Source: Candidatus Omnitrophota bacterium (GTDB lineage: Bacteria > Omnitrophota > Gorgyraeia > 2-01-FULL-45-10). Taken from it: 64,000 nucleotides of DNA. Under the pieces are notes generated by a model, which worked only from the letters and a program-made list of their open reading frames with translations, made no database searches and was not told where the DNA came from. Position 1 is the stretch's first letter. The number at the start of each line of letters is the position of its first letter. A program made the position numbers and the translations under genes. The stretch spans positions 219,823-283,822 of the forward strand of contig JAMWCX010000003.1 in assembly GCA_023818895.1 (NCBI GenBank), read 5' to 3'. Of this stretch, positions 1 through 10,840 are shown one piece after another.

Positions 1-1625
1 ACCGTCACAAAAGACGAAAAGATATTACCGAATCCCACATCCTTGGCCATGGTGTTAAAAGAATCGGCCATCGCCACGGTGGCAAGGCCGACGGCAAACA
101 GGCGTATGTAAGAGACGACATCCGTAAAACTGTTGACGAAATTGCCGGCCAGCGCGCCCACTCCATGCCCCACGCCCTTGATTATGTTCTTTGATGGACT
201 GGCAAAGAAGAGCACAAGCAAGGCCCCAACCATAAAAAGCCATAACACCTGAGGCGGAAAGTCCTGGCCGAGAATTAGGAGTCTGGCCAGAAAAAAACCT
301 CCCCACAATATCAGCGTCCACCCTATATCGCAAAGAGCCGCCACGGAAGGAATCTTAACCGTCGCCCTCCATAGATGTGCGATGCTTAGATGAAGAGCTC
401 CCATGAAGAAACAAAGCGATTGAACGTTCCTGTCGTCTCTAAGAGCCGGTAAAAGCGGCCTTACGACACCGTGCAGCCATTCCTGGCCGAAAAGCGCGCC
501 CGTCAGAATACCCCATATGATAGCACAACAGCTGAATATATAAAATAGGTAAAAGGCCGATTTGTCAGAGACGCGTTTACCTAATCGAGCGTTGGCAAAC
601 AATGTAATAGCAAGGAATACCGAGCCGTATCCAGCATCTCCTATAAGCATACCAAAAAATATGGATAAAAATATCAAAAACCATAGGCTCATATCAAGCT
701 CTTTATAACCGGGTACCACCTCTATCAGCTTGAAGACGGGGCTTATTATCGAAATCCACTTTGGATTCCTTATCAATGTAGGGACAGCATCGTCTTCCGA
801 AGGATCGGTCACCCATATCCCCCATCTATTACTACAAGCCGATTCCTTCAAAAAACTGACGCTGTCATATGGTACATAGCCAACCAGATATGCTATCTCG
901 CCGGAAGACCCCATGCCGTGAATCGCCTCGTGAAACTCAAGCTCTTTTGAAAATGCGTCACGTATCTTAATGAATCTTTCAAGATAAAATGTATACTTGC
1001 GCAAGGAATCCTTAAGGAGACGCATCATCTCCTTGTCCTCAGCAAGACGCGATCTCATCTCGGCAAGGCCCATGGCGGGAAGGGCCTTTTCTTTAAAAGG
1101 CAGACTTATCTCCTGTCTTGAGATAAGAGCGCAGCGCAAAAGCCCTTTATTACGCTGATCGCCTATCTTTTGCACGATTATGCCGGCAGGCACTTCATTT
1201 ATGCGGTCAGAAGGTATCTCGTAAAGTTTTACGAAGATGTCCTTTTTCTTCAGGTCTTCTATCGCTGCCGGATCGAAATCGCCCCACGGTTCCCACTCGG
1301 CTATTCTGGCGTTAAGGCCTATGCCATATTCCTCAAGGTGGTCTATTCTGGCTCTAATGTCAAGCACATGCTTGGCAACAAAGCGCCAATCCTGCAGGAT
1401 CTTAGCTGGTTTAAGGCCGCTTGATCCCTTCATCTCCGGAGATGATAATATGCCTATTACCTTGGAAAGAGTTGCTATATCTTCATAAAGTGAAGCTATA
1501 TCGGCGCCTTTCGGAACTTGCTGGTGTTCTATATGGAGGACCCCCATTGATCTCAATTTGGAAGCGGTTTCTTTAGAGTCTTCCGAGCGTACGATTATAG
1601 CCACCTTCTTCATCGGAACTATCAT
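1..1625 (-). CDS. atpI: V-type ATP synthase subunit I (membrane a-subunit), N-terminal ~540 aa; C-terminus lies beyond the window edge
   Basis: Reverse-complement of 1625..1560 translates MIVPMKKVAIIVRSEDSKETASKLRSMGVLHIEHQQ, typical subunit I N-terminus. The frame stays open to position 1, so the ORF track misses it for lack of a stop. Its position downstream of subunit D matches the Chlamydia/Treponema operon order E-hyp-A-B-D-I-K. Confidence 0.7.
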   Translation of the reverse strand, partial: MIVPMKKVAIIVRSEDSKETASKLRSMGVLHIEHQQVPKGADIASLYEDIATLSKVIGILSSPEMKGSSGLKPAKILQDWRFVAKHVLDIRARIDHLEEYGIGLNARIAEWEPWGDFDPAAIEDLKKKDIFVKLYEIPSDRINEVPAGIIVQKIGDQRNKGLLRCALISRQEISLPFKEKALPAMGLAEMRSRLAEDKEMMRLLKDSLRKYTFYLERFIKIRDAFSKELEFHEAIHGMGSSGEIAYLVGYVPYDSVSFLKESACSNRWGIWVTDPSEDDAVPTLIRNPKWISIISPVFKLIEVVPGYKELDMSLWFLIFLSIFFGMLIGDAGYGSVFLAITLFANARLGKRVSDKSAFYLFYIFSCCAIIWGILTGALFGQEWLHGVVRPLLPALRDDRNVQSLCFFMGALHLSIAHLWRATVKIPSVAALCDIGWTLILWGGFFLARLLILGQDFPPQVLWLFMVGALLVLFFASPSKNIIKGVGHGVGALAGNFVNSFTDVVSYIRLFAVGLATVAMADSFNTMAKDVGFGNIFSSFVT

Positions 1626-1674
1626 ACACTCACCGATCTTTCTGGCATACCGCTATATTCGGCCATTCTAACGG

Positions 1675-2298
1675 TCATACGGCTGCCCTTTCTACCGCTT
1701 CTATAGCCTTCTCTATCTTATTCTTGGCCATCTTGCTACGGCCAACGGCATTAGTCATCTGGTCGCCTATATATATCTTTATTCGCCTTATCGCATCTTC
1801 GGCTTCTGGGATCTTTATTTTTTCAAAAAGGTTCACTCTCTGAGTCGTGGTGCGAAGCTCCTGTTTAAGTATCTCCATGCCCTGGCGCAGGACCGCTATC
1901 TCCTCCCTCAATGCCTTTATGGCACGAAGGGCTTCCAGCCCTCCGTCCACCCAGAGGGGCATAAGAAATAGATCGTATTCTGCCTTGTCAAACTCGGCCC
2001 TTTCATAGACGGGAATATCGACACCGGCTATATTCTTGAAGGTAGTGATAATCTTGGACGGCGAAAGCCACCGACGGAGATCCACTTCGGGATCAGAGAG
2101 AAGTCCGGCCCAGATTTCCGCATCACGCATCTTCTGTTTTTCGCGCAATTCCGCCGCCTCTATGAAAGAGGCCTGATGGAGTATCTCGGTCTGGAGCTGT
2201 TGTTTTTTAAGCTGAAGTGTCGGCAGATACCTCCTGTATTGGCGCAAGGCGTCTCTCTGCTTCTTCAGTTCACCCTTTGTGTATTTTATTTTTGCCAT
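1675..2298 (-). CDS. atpD: V-type ATP synthase subunit D
   Basis: 207 aa, MAKIKYTKGELKKQRDALRQYRRYLPTLQLKKQQL..., coiled-coil central stalk subunit D pattern, in operon with A/B. Confidence 0.85.
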   Translation of the reverse strand: MAKIKYTKGELKKQRDALRQYRRYLPTLQLKKQQLQTEILHQASFIEAAELREKQKMRDAEIWAGLLSDPEVDLRRWLSPSKIITTFKNIAGVDIPVYERAEFDKAEYDLFLMPLWVDGGLEALRAIKALREEIAVLRQGMEILKQELRTTTQRVNLFEKIKIPEAEDAIRRIKIYIGDQMTNAVGRSKMAKNKIEKAIEAVERAAV

Positions 2299-2314
2299 TG
2301 TGCTTATATTCTGC

Positions 2315-3625
2315 CTATGATGTTTGCGTCGTCTTCTTGGGCCAGTACTTCTCTATGAGGGATTTTTTTATGCCGGTCTCTTCCGGAAGGAAGCATTCGG
2401 CCAAGATATCCCATCCGAGATCAAGAGCCTTCTCAAGAGGAATGTTTACTTCGAGCGACATCATATGCTTTTCGAAAAGTCGACCGTACTTCAGGAGTTT
2501 TTTATCCCATGAGCTCATCTGGAAACCCATGGCCCTCTTTTCAAGTGTCTCGCGGTAATTGGCAAATAGCTGAATCATGGTGTCCATTATCGTCCTATGG
2601 TCATCCCGCGTTTTGCCGTTCACCTGCTGCTTTAGGCGGCTTAAAGAACCGAATGGCTCTATGACATGATTTTTTAGATAGAATTGACCCTCGGTGATGT
2701 AGCCGGTGTTATCCGGCACCGGATGGGTGACATCATCGCCGGGCATTGTAGTGGCCGCAAGTATCGTTATTGATCCTGCTGTGTCAAAATCGACCGCTTT
2801 TTCATATCTGGCCGCAAGCTGGCTGTAGAGGTCACCTGGATATCCCCTGTTCGAAGGTATTTGTTCCATGGTAATGGCTATCTCCTTAAGGGCATCGCAG
2901 AAGTTTGTCATATCTGTAAGTAGCACAAGGACCCGCTTCCCTTCGAGAGCGAAGGCCTCCGCAACCGCAAGGCTTATATCGGGAACCAACAGACATTCGA
3001 CTGTTGGGTCGGCCGCTGTATGCATGAAAAATATCGACCTTGGCAACGCGCCGTGTTCCTCAAGAATGTCCCTGAAAAAAAGATAGTCGTCGTGTTTGAG
3101 CCCCATGCCACCCAGGATTATGATATCCACCTCAGCCTGTATCGCTATCCTGGCAAGCAGGTTATTGTAGGGCTCGCCCGCGACGGAAAATATCGGCAAC
3201 TTTTGGGATTCCACCAGAGAATTGAACAGGTCTATCATCGGTATGCCGGTACGTATCATCTTATTGGGTATGACGCGCTTGACGGGGTTAACCGGCGGAC
3301 CTCCTATGTCGATCATGTTTTCGGATAATGCCGGCCCGTTGTCGAGAGGGGATCCGCTCCCGTTGAAGATACGTCCTAAAAGATTGGGTCCGCTTGCCAC
3401 ACGCATTGGGTGGCCCAAGAATCTCACCCTGTCGCCCGTAGAGACGCCGCGGCTTCCGGCAAATACTTGTAAAGATACGTTCTTCCCGTCAATCCTTATT
3501 ACCTGGGCAAGAGAACTGCCGCGTTGGGTCTGGATATGCGCTATCTCATTATAGCCTATGTCTTCGGCCTCGACCATGATAACGTCACCGGCTATCTGAA
3601 GGATATTTGTGTATATTTTATGCAT
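2315..3625 (-). CDS. atpB: V-type ATP synthase subunit B (regulatory)
   Basis: 436 aa, strong similarity pattern to V/A-ATPase B subunits (…[16 protein letters not shown]…, lacks a canonical P-loop), 8-nt overlap with subunit A. Confidence 0.9.
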   Translation of the reverse strand: MHKIYTNILQIAGDVIMVEAEDIGYNEIAHIQTQRGSSLAQVIRIDGKNVSLQVFAGSRGVSTGDRVRFLGHPMRVASGPNLLGRIFNGSGSPLDNGPALSENMIDIGGPPVNPVKRVIPNKMIRTGIPMIDLFNSLVESQKLPIFSVAGEPYNNLLARIAIQAEVDIIILGGMGLKHDDYLFFRDILEEHGALPRSIFFMHTAADPTVECLLVPDISLAVAEAFALEGKRVLVLLTDMTNFCDALKEIAITMEQIPSNRGYPGDLYSQLAARYEKAVDFDTAGSITILAATTMPGDDVTHPVPDNTGYITEGQFYLKNHVIEPFGSLSRLKQQVNGKTRDDHRTIMDTMIQLFANYRETLEKRAMGFQMSSWDKKLLKYGRLFEKHMMSLEVNIPLEKALDLGWDILAECFLPEETGIKKSLIEKYWPKKTTQTS

Positions 3626-5372
3626 TAACCTTCTCCTGTCCGGCCTTCAAATAGGCCTTGAGCTTGGTTATAACTTCTGATTCTATTGATTCGAACTCGT
3701 TCGATCCCCACCCAGCAGAGTTCCAGCCGCGGAATAACTGTCTTAAGGCCTGAAAAAACTTCAACGCATCTTCCTTATCCTTAAAATCGAACTGGGATGC
3801 TAGTATGTTGTCGTGGATAAAATGCATCATGTATTTCTGCCGCTCTTCCGATGTCGCCTCATCGACCTTGTCAAAGGCGTTCTGCTGCAGGTAGACAAAA
3901 TCAAAAAATTCGCCTTTCAGATAGTCAACGTAATCTTCCAGAGATGTGCCTTCCTCGCCTATAACCTTCATCATCTGCGCAACGTCATTGGATCTGCGCA
4001 ACGCCATGTGAGCGGCTCTGACCTCTTTCTCTTCAACGAAGCTTTTGTATTTCGACCAGCTGGTGAGAGGATCTATCGCGGGATACTTGCGCGCGTCCGA
4101 ACGCTCGCGCGAAAGCCCGTGAAACGCGCCGACGACTTTAAGAGTCGCTTGAGTGACGGGCTCCTCGAAATTGCCGCCAGCCGGGCTCACTGTTCCGCCT
4201 ATCGTGACAGAGCCGGTGGAGCCATCGTGGAATTTCACTATGCCGGCTCGCTCGTAGAATGACGCTATCCTGGACTCAAGATAAGCCGGAAACGCCTCTT
4301 CGCCGGGTATCTCCTCTAGCCTGCCGGACATCTCCCTCATGGCCTGCGCCCACCGCGAAGTGGAGTCGGCAAGCAGAAGGACATTAAGTCTCATCTGACG
4401 GTAATATTCCGCGATTGTAACGGCTGTATAGACGCTTGACTCGCGCGCCGCGACCGGCATGGAACTTGTGTTGCAGATTATGACCGTCCTGTCCATCAGG
4501 GTCCGGCCGGTCCGCGGATCTGTTATGGTCGGAAAGGTCTTGAGCGTCTCTACGACTTCTCCTGCGCGTTCGCCGCATGCGGCTATGATAACAACATCGA
4601 CGTCCGCATGACGCGATGTAAGCTGCTGTAATACCGTCTTGCCGGCGCCAAACGGGCCAGGTATGCAGTATGTTCCCCCAAGGGCAACGGGAAACAATGA
4701 ATCTATAAGACGCATTTTTGTGACAAGCGTCCTTTCGGGTTTCAGTTTCTGGGAGTAGGCGCGGATCGGTATTTTGACCGGCCAGTTTTGCTTCAAATAG
4801 ACATCATGATGCCGGCCGGACGAATCCTTAAGCCGGGCTATGGGCCTGGTGAAATCATATCTGCCGCGTTCTTCTATATGCGTTACCTCGCATTCCTCTT
4901 CGATGCTGAAAGGAACCATTATATAATGCTTGAATATCTTCTCAGGCACCACTCCAAGTTTGTCGCCGGCGCGCACACAGTCGCCTTTTTTCGCGATAGG
5001 ACTAAAATCCCATTCCATCATATCAGGCAGCGCCTTCAGATAAACGCCTCTTCTAAGGAAAAAACCGCATTCCTTAGCGAGCTGCGGCAGTGGATTCTGT
5101 AATCCGTCGAATATCTGCCCCAGCAGCCCTGGCCCAAGTTCGACCGACAGAAGCTCTTCGCTGAATTCCACCTCCTCGCCCACCTTTAAGCCGCTGGTAT
5201 TCTCGTAAACTTGCGTCTCCGCGCATTTACCCCTGACACGGATAACTTCGGCCTTTAGGCGCTCGTTTCCGTGTATGATATAGGCCACTTCGTTCTGCAC
5301 AATGAAGGAATCGGTCTCGACCTTTACCATATTGCCATTTATGGCGGTTATCCGCCCTTTTCTCTTTGACAC
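3618..5372 (-). CDS. atpA: V-type ATP synthase subunit A (catalytic)
   Basis: 584 aa with P-loop GPFGAGKTV and the non-homologous insert typical of V/A-type A subunits. Confidence 0.9.
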   Translation of the reverse strand: MSKRKGRITAINGNMVKVETDSFIVQNEVAYIIHGNERLKAEVIRVRGKCAETQVYENTSGLKVGEEVEFSEELLSVELGPGLLGQIFDGLQNPLPQLAKECGFFLRRGVYLKALPDMMEWDFSPIAKKGDCVRAGDKLGVVPEKIFKHYIMVPFSIEEECEVTHIEERGRYDFTRPIARLKDSSGRHHDVYLKQNWPVKIPIRAYSQKLKPERTLVTKMRLIDSLFPVALGGTYCIPGPFGAGKTVLQQLTSRHADVDVVIIAACGERAGEVVETLKTFPTITDPRTGRTLMDRTVIICNTSSMPVAARESSVYTAVTIAEYYRQMRLNVLLLADSTSRWAQAMREMSGRLEEIPGEEAFPAYLESRIASFYERAGIVKFHDGSTGSVTIGGTVSPAGGNFEEPVTQATLKVVGAFHGLSRERSDARKYPAIDPLTSWSKYKSFVEEKEVRAAHMALRRSNDVAQMMKVIGEEGTSLEDYVDYLKGEFFDFVYLQQNAFDKVDEATSEERQKYMMHFIHDNILASQFDFKDKEDALKFFQALRQLFRGWNSAGWGSNEFESIESEVITKLKAYLKAGQEKVNA

Positions 5373-5391
5373 CGCATCGCTCCTTAATTAG

Positions 5392-5937
5392 CTATTTTTC
5401 AGCGCTTCCTGCCAATACCTCCTCAAGAAGGCGCTTTCCGTCCGCCGTATTTATCCTATCCCACTTTTCCAGTATCAAAAGCTTTACACCGTATATCACG
5501 AGCGCATCCATATCGAAATAGTGGCCCACGGAAAATTCATCGAGTTTGCGCCAGCGCTCAAGATCAAGTTCCTTTTCGGCTTCGAATAAAGAGGGTTTGC
5601 GATAGGCATTTATCGCTATATGCGCCGCATGCGACGATTCCGGGCGGCCATCTGGCCTTAGATACTTAGCGGGATTAACCTTTTTTCTTGAGGCCCTTAT
5701 TTCAACCAGTTCGTTCCGCACCATGGCATCAAAGGCCCGCCACTTTCTTAATGTTGGGTTCTTTATCTTGTGGGATGGTACCACCTCCGCGTTCTTAAGG
5801 CCACTTAGCGCGGAAAATTCTTCGTCGGATACCAGCGTCTTGCAGGTCGCCAGAAATTTCTCGAAACTTAAAGGCGGTTTAGCCCCGAAGGAAAGCGCCG
5901 GCAGGCTTGAGATAAGATATATGAAATAGGAAGCCAT
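5392..5937 (-). CDS. hypothetical protein conserved between atpE and atpA in Chlamydia-type V-ATPase operons (DUF2764-like)
   Basis: 181 aa; position identical to the uncharacterised ORF between E and A in chlamydial/spirochaetal V-ATPase operons; no recognisable catalytic motif. Confidence 0.4.
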   Translation of the reverse strand: MASYFIYLISSLPALSFGAKPPLSFEKFLATCKTLVSDEEFSALSGLKNAEVVPSHKIKNPTLRKWRAFDAMVRNELVEIRASRKKVNPAKYLRPDGRPESSHAAHIAINAYRKPSLFEAEKELDLERWRKLDEFSVGHYFDMDALVIYGVKLLILEKWDRINTADGKRLLEEVLAGSAEK

Positions 5938-5961
5938 TTTTGGTCTCGAATTTCCTGTTTT

Positions 5962-6567
5962 CTAGACACTCTCTTTTAGTATTTCGGCCAGATACGGGCT
6001 CAGTTGCGATGAAAGATATTCGGCTAAAGCTTTTTCGGTGAAATCGAAATATGATTTGCCGCCGTCATAGCTGATGGTAAATCCACTCCGGATACCGGAA
6101 GAGCTTTTTAGCGTTATGCCCTTTTTGGCCTCCGCACCGAGCTCGGCGAAGAGCGTCTTTTCTACCTTCTCAAGATCCTCTTTCCTTAAGGATATGACAA
6201 CCTTCTCCCTGCTGTGAGGAGAACAACCCTTTATCATCGCTATCAGCATGCCGGCAAGTTCTTCCGGCGAGAGCGTCTTGTGGATGTGCAAAGTAATTAT
6301 CCTGTCAAGCATGGCTGCTATTTCTTTTTTTAAAGATATTAGGATGTCTCGGGAGGCCTGTTTGAGTGATTCTCTTGCACTTGCCTCAATCTTGGCCGCC
6401 TTTTCCGCGGCCTCACTCAGGATGCGCCTGGCCTCCTTTTCCGCCTGCTGTATTTTCTCCTCCGCGCGGCGCCTAGCCTCTTCCTCGATTTGCTCAGCTT
6501 TAGCCTGAGCGGCTTTTATGCCTTCTTCCTGTATCTTGGCTATAAGTCCTTTTAATTCTTCCGCCAT
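5962..6567 (-). CDS. atpE: V-type ATP synthase subunit E
   Basis: 201 aa, highly charged coiled-coil N-terminus (MAEELKGLIAKIQEEGIKAAQAKAEQIEEEARRRAEEK...), first gene of the V-ATPase block. Confidence 0.75.
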   Translation of the reverse strand: MAEELKGLIAKIQEEGIKAAQAKAEQIEEEARRRAEEKIQQAEKEARRILSEAAEKAAKIEASARESLKQASRDILISLKKEIAAMLDRIITLHIHKTLSPEELAGMLIAMIKGCSPHSREKVVISLRKEDLEKVEKTLFAELGAEAKKGITLKSSSGIRSGFTISYDGGKSYFDFTEKALAEYLSSQLSPYLAEILKESV

Positions 6568-6580
6568 ATTGCGCTCCTGT

Positions 6581-7150
6581 CTACTTGCGCGAGCCAGGCT
6601 TAATTACCGGCATGCCGGCCCTGCATAAGGGACAATCTTCCGATTTGTATGTTTCCACCTTTACTTTCGCCAGCGAGGCAAATTTTACTCCGAAATTAGG
6701 AGGCCTATCACTCCTGTCTATTATGCTCCCGACGCCAGCTATGATGCCGCCGCATGTTTTCACTACCTCTATGACCTCATTTGTAGACTTTCCGGTAGTA
6801 ACAACGTCCTCTACCACAAGGGTCCTCTCTCCTTCAGAGATAGAGAAGCCGCGCCTCAGCATCATAATACCTTCTTCTCTCTCGGTAAAGATACCCCTTA
6901 CACCCAGAGATCTCGCAACCTCGTAAGCGAGCGTCACGCCCCCTAAGGCGGGTCCGACGACCAGGTCTATCTTTTCCCCCACGAACCTTGCGACAAGCGC
7001 TTTCGCTAATTTTTCCGCTATATAGGGATATTGCAAAACGAGCGCGCATTGCAGATACTTTTCACTGTGTAGCCCGCTCGAAAGCTTAAAATGCCCTTTG
7101 AGGAGGGCCTTGTTCTTCTCAAAAAGATCCAATACGTCTTTTTCCGTCAT
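6581..7150 (-). CDS. pyrE: orotate phosphoribosyltransferase
   Basis: 189 aa, PRTase motif VVEDVVTTGKS, N-terminal HFKLSSGLHSEKY typical of PyrE. Confidence 0.85.
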   Translation of the reverse strand: MTEKDVLDLFEKNKALLKGHFKLSSGLHSEKYLQCALVLQYPYIAEKLAKALVARFVGEKIDLVVGPALGGVTLAYEVARSLGVRGIFTEREEGIMMLRRGFSISEGERTLVVEDVVTTGKSTNEVIEVVKTCGGIIAGVGSIIDRSDRPPNFGVKFASLAKVKVETYKSEDCPLCRAGMPVIKPGSRK

Positions 7151-7860
7151 TGCCCAATCTCTTTCAGGATGCGTCTTGCCGCCCCTGCCGGGTCCGGAGC
7201 TTCTATGACAGGCCTACCCACCACTATGAAACTGGCCCCATCGCGTATCGCGTCCGCCGGCGTGGCTATCCTTTTCTGATCCTGAGCCTCTGTCCACGTC
7301 GGCCGCACTCCCGGCGTCACTATAATAAAATCTTTACCAAGCTTTTGCCTGATGAGCGCGGTCTCTTTTGGCGATGCCACAACACCATCTAAACCCGCGT
7401 CCTTCGCCAATACGGCAAGGCGCAACACTTCTCGGTTTATATTATCATCTATACCGACTTTCTTCAACGCCTTTTCATCCATGCTGGTAAGAATGGTGAC
7501 GGCTATAAGTTTAGGTTTTTCTATCTTCATTCTTTGCGCCTCAATCATCACGCTTTCTGAGGCTTTTTTCATCATCTCATACCCGCCAAGAGCATGGACA
7601 TTGACCATAAAAACACCAAGCCTTGTAGCCGAAAGCACTGCCTTTGAAACGGTATTCGGTATATCATGAAATTTCAGGTCGAGAAAAACTTTAACGCCGT
7701 TCTTTATAACCGCCTCCACAACGGACGGCCCACACGATGAGAAGAGCTCAGAACCTATTTTGACTGCGACAACCTCGCCCTTCAGCTTGTCACAGAGGTC
7801 CAGTGCCTTCTTTTGTGTATCAACGTCTAACGCAACTATAAGTCTATTCTTCGGCCCCAT
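7147..7860 (-). CDS. pyrF: orotidine-5'-phosphate decarboxylase
   Basis: 237 aa, LIVALDV…KIG…FLDLKFHDIPNTV motif set of OMP decarboxylase. Confidence 0.85.
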   Translation of the reverse strand: MGPKNRLIVALDVDTQKKALDLCDKLKGEVVAVKIGSELFSSCGPSVVEAVIKNGVKVFLDLKFHDIPNTVSKAVLSATRLGVFMVNVHALGGYEMMKKASESVMIEAQRMKIEKPKLIAVTILTSMDEKALKKVGIDDNINREVLRLAVLAKDAGLDGVVASPKETALIRQKLGKDFIIVTPGVRPTWTEAQDQKRIATPADAIRDGASFIVVGRPVIEAPDPAGAARRILKEIGQ

Positions 7861-7867
7861 ACGTCCT

Positions 7868-8782
7868 TTATCCCATCTTTAAAGATCCGATGAGTGATTT
7901 TATATTCTTGATGCCTCGCTTTTTCATATATATTTCCAGTCCTTTGACAATCTCGGCTGGCGTCTGGGGGTTCACAAAGTTGGCTGTCCCTACCTGAACG
8001 GCACTTGCCCCGCAGAGCATAAACTCCACAGCATCCGAGGCATTCATTATACCGCCTATTCCTATTATTGGCACTGAAGTCTTCTTGGCCGCCTCCCAAA
8101 CGGCTCTCAAAGAAAGGGGTTTTATCGCCGGGCCGCTCAAGCCGCCTGTGACATTACCAAGTTTCGGTTTCCACGTATCTACATCAACCGCCATGGCGAT
8201 AAAGGTATTGGCGACTGAAAGGGCATCTGCACCCGCGGCTTCCGCGGCTTTCGCTATCTTGCCGATATCGGTAACGTTAGGGGACAATTTGACTATAACA
8301 GTAAGGTCTGTAGCGGCCCGGACAGCCTTTACAACCCGGTAGGTCGCTTTTTCATCTTGCGCTATAAGGCCTTCGCTGAGGCCGTATTTGATATTCGGGC
8401 AGGAGAGGTTAACTTCCAAAGCGTTTACTCTTGCGAACCTCGAAAGCGAGCGGGCGAGCCTGCTGAATTGTTTTTCGTCGTCACCTGCTATGCTTACGAC
8501 AATCGGCGCCTCCAAGCCGCTCATGGCCGGCAGCTTATTTCTTATGAAATCTTCAACCCCTTTGTTCTCAAGCCCTATTGAATTGAGCATGCCGGACGCT
8601 GTTTCAGCAATCCTTGGGGGCAGATTACCTGAACGCTCCTCCAGCGTTATGGTCTTGAGAACTACGGCGCCAATCAAATCTGTCTCGGTAAGTTCGTCGT
8701 ATTCTATGCCCCATGTGCCCGACGCCACCATCACAGGGTTTTTTAGTCTCAGCTTTCCAATCTTTACCGATAGATCTACCAC
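7868..8782 (-). CDS. pyrD: dihydroorotate dehydrogenase, catalytic subunit (class 1B)
   Basis: 304 aa, NPVMVASGTWG…LEVNLSCPN…GIGGI motifs; paired with pyrK. Confidence 0.9.
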   Translation of the reverse strand: MVDLSVKIGKLRLKNPVMVASGTWGIEYDELTETDLIGAVVLKTITLEERSGNLPPRIAETASGMLNSIGLENKGVEDFIRNKLPAMSGLEAPIVVSIAGDDEKQFSRLARSLSRFARVNALEVNLSCPNIKYGLSEGLIAQDEKATYRVVKAVRAATDLTVIVKLSPNVTDIGKIAKAAEAAGADALSVANTFIAMAVDVDTWKPKLGNVTGGLSGPAIKPLSLRAVWEAAKKTSVPIIGIGGIMNASDAVEFMLCGASAVQVGTANFVNPQTPAEIVKGLEIYMKKRGIKNIKSLIGSLKMG

Positions 8783-9633
8783 ACTATATCCTCCGCGTTA
8801 AAAACAGGGCCGTCTTTGCAGACCATTTTGTATAGAACTGCGGACGGCGCGGTTGTAACATCAGATTTTATCCTGACAGGACAGCCAAGACAAACACCGA
8901 TACCGCAGGCCATTCGTTCTTCGAGCGAAACCTGGCATGGCATACGCCCGGCCTTCGCTATGTCAGCAACCGCTTTAAGCATAGCGGTTGGGCCGCAGGC
9001 GTAGATGGCAGCCCTTTCAGCGAGCCTTCGAGCGAAGAGTAAATTTTTTAAAATATCTGTTGCCAGGCCCTTTTTCCCCTTGGAGCCGTCTTCGGTCGCC
9101 ACCAAAACCTCACATCCCAATAAACGGAATTCTTTTTCACAAAGTACGTGTGCCCTCGTTTTTGCCCCGATAATAACGACTATGTTTTTCTTTCGGTGCG
9201 ACATTCTATCAGCGCCTTTATTTATTCGCTCCGCCAGGGCAAGAAGTGGCGCAACCCCTATTCCGCCTGCCACGAGCAGCGCGTCGCCTTCTTCTGAAAC
9301 GGTGAAACCTTTGCCGAGGGGGCCTATGATATCGACATCCTCGCCGGCCCGTTTGGCGGAAAGGAGAGATGTCCCTTTGCCGACAACCTCGTAAAGCATC
9401 TCTATTCCGCCTTGCCATATTCTGTGCGCGCCGAGCGGCCTGCGTAGCAGAGGCTCTGTAGATAACGAACATCTTACCTCAAAAAATTGCCCGGGACTAG
9501 TCTGGCTGCCAAAATAGTCGGAGGCAACCCGCATCCTGTAGAACCCCTCGGCCACCTTTTCGTTTTTTAGTATCTTGACCTTTTGTTGTTTCATTTTCTT
9601 ACAGGTCCTATAAAAGATTCTCCTGTTTCTCAA
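8776..9633 (-). CDS. pyrK: dihydroorotate dehydrogenase electron-transfer subunit
   Basis: 285 aa, FAD/NAD-binding fold plus C-terminal CGIGVCLGCPV iron-sulfur motif; overlaps pyrD by 7 nt. Confidence 0.8.
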   Translation of the reverse strand: MRNRRIFYRTCKKMKQQKVKILKNEKVAEGFYRMRVASDYFGSQTSPGQFFEVRCSLSTEPLLRRPLGAHRIWQGGIEMLYEVVGKGTSLLSAKRAGEDVDIIGPLGKGFTVSEEGDALLVAGGIGVAPLLALAERINKGADRMSHRKKNIVVIIGAKTRAHVLCEKEFRLLGCEVLVATEDGSKGKKGLATDILKNLLFARRLAERAAIYACGPTAMLKAVADIAKAGRMPCQVSLEERMACGIGVCLGCPVRIKSDVTTAPSAVLYKMVCKDGPVFNAEDIVW

Positions 9634-10840
9634 AACTTAAGTCAAAGGCGCACAATACCTTCACCTTGCCATACTTACCGTCGTAGCCAGGCTCTATCTT
9701 GACGTTACCGTTGCGCACATTCATTATGCCCTCTGCTACTCTAGTGGGGCAGTTGTGGTAAAGATCATCCTCGGAGGCGTATAAAAGGGCATTCATCTCA
9801 TTTTTCAGATTCTTGATGATCCTCATATACTCCTTCTGCACGGCTAGTGAATCGGCTGATCTGCCTAATGCATTGGCCACTATCTCGGCAAGGGGAACAA
9901 CCTTTCTAAACGAAGGCCTGGCCTTAGGAACAAAACCCGCTTTTCTGTCAGCCAGCTCTTCGACGCGATGCATAACTCCTATGGTTACCTTCTTGCCGCA
10001 AACGGGGCACATATTGTTATTTCTGGAAGACTCCGCCGGCGAAAGGGCCACACCGCATAGCCGGTGGCCATCCCAGTGGTACTTTCCCTCCTCAGGAAAG
10101 AACTCTATGGTATAGAGAAATCTCTCGTCATTCTTACGCCTCAATATTTCGCAAAGGGCGGGATAATCTATCTTTTCCTTGAAAACATTAGCCTCTCTGC
10201 CTATCTTAGATGGCGAATGGGCATCTGAGTTGGACATCAGTGTGAAGCGGTCCAGGCTCGACCATCGCCAGTTCATCTCGGGATCGCTTGAAAGACCTGT
10301 TTCTATCGATAATATTTTAGGCGTCTGATCCTCAAAACATTCCTCGGCCGAATCGAAACCGGATCTCGAACCGAATATGCTGAAGTGCGGAGTCCAAGCG
10401 TGACTGGGAACGCATAATATATTTTCGTCTATGGCCGAAAGAAGCTTAACCATTCTGTCGCATTCAAGATTCAGCACCGGTCTTCCGTCTGAAGAAAGAT
10501 CACCGTATTCTGAAAGAAGACTGTTGATCTCGGCAGCGGTATTGAGATCGGGAGCGAAAATTATATTGTGCACTTTTCGTGTCCTGCCGGCCTTGAAATA
10601 TATGTTGGAGACCTCCGCTGTCAGCACAAAATATATGCCGTCGCGCCGATAGACCCCGCGCTCAGGACCTTCAAGCGAGGACTTAAGCTCCGCAAACCAG
10701 CTCGGGTGGGTAAAATCGCCGGTGCCAAGCATCGCGATGCCTTTAGCCGCCGCCCATTTCGTCAGGGAGGAAATATCCATGTCGTTTGACGTCGCTCGCG
10801 AATATCTTGAATGTATGTGGAAATCGGCGATGAAGCTCAT
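9608..10840 (-). CDS. PHP-domain metal-dependent phosphoesterase with C-terminal Zn-ribbon (COG1379/TIGR00375-like)
   Basis: 410 aa, N-terminal ADFHIHSRYSRATS PHP signature, internal CPVCGKK zinc ribbon; overlaps pyrK by 26 nt and the upstream Mut7-C gene by 4 nt. Confidence 0.6.
   Translation of the reverse strand: MSFIADFHIHSRYSRATSNDMDISSLTKWAAAKGIAMLGTGDFTHPSWFAELKSSLEGPERGVYRRDGIYFVLTAEVSNIYFKAGRTRKVHNIIFAPDLNTAAEINSLLSEYGDLSSDGRPVLNLECDRMVKLLSAIDENILCVPSHAWTPHFSIFGSRSGFDSAEECFEDQTPKILSIETGLSSDPEMNWRWSSLDRFTLMSNSDAHSPSKIGREANVFKEKIDYPALCEILRRKNDERFLYTIEFFPEEGKYHWDGHRLCGVALSPAESSRNNNMCPVCGKKVTIGVMHRVEELADRKAGFVPKARPSFRKVVPLAEIVANALGRSADSLAVQKEYMRIIKNLKNEMNALLYASEDDLYHNCPTRVAEGIMNVRNGNVKIEPGYDGKYGKVKVLCAFDLSFEKQENLL

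Noticed and set aside
55-1488. ORF-track entries 55..333(-), 1170..1424(+), 1237..1488(+)
   Set aside because: They lie inside the minus-strand V-ATPase subunit I reading frame, which has no stop in the window and so was not listed. The proteins they encode are low-complexity or Arg/Gly-rich with no recognisable family.
9218-9472. 84-aa Arg-rich ORF (minus) and numerous other 60-200 aa ORFs antisense to or overlapping gyrA, gyrB, glmS, clpB, pheT, dnaA etc.
   Set aside because: They are fully contained within strongly supported genes on the opposite strand or another frame. Low-complexity Arg/Ser/Pro composition is typical of out-of-frame artefacts in moderately GC sequence.
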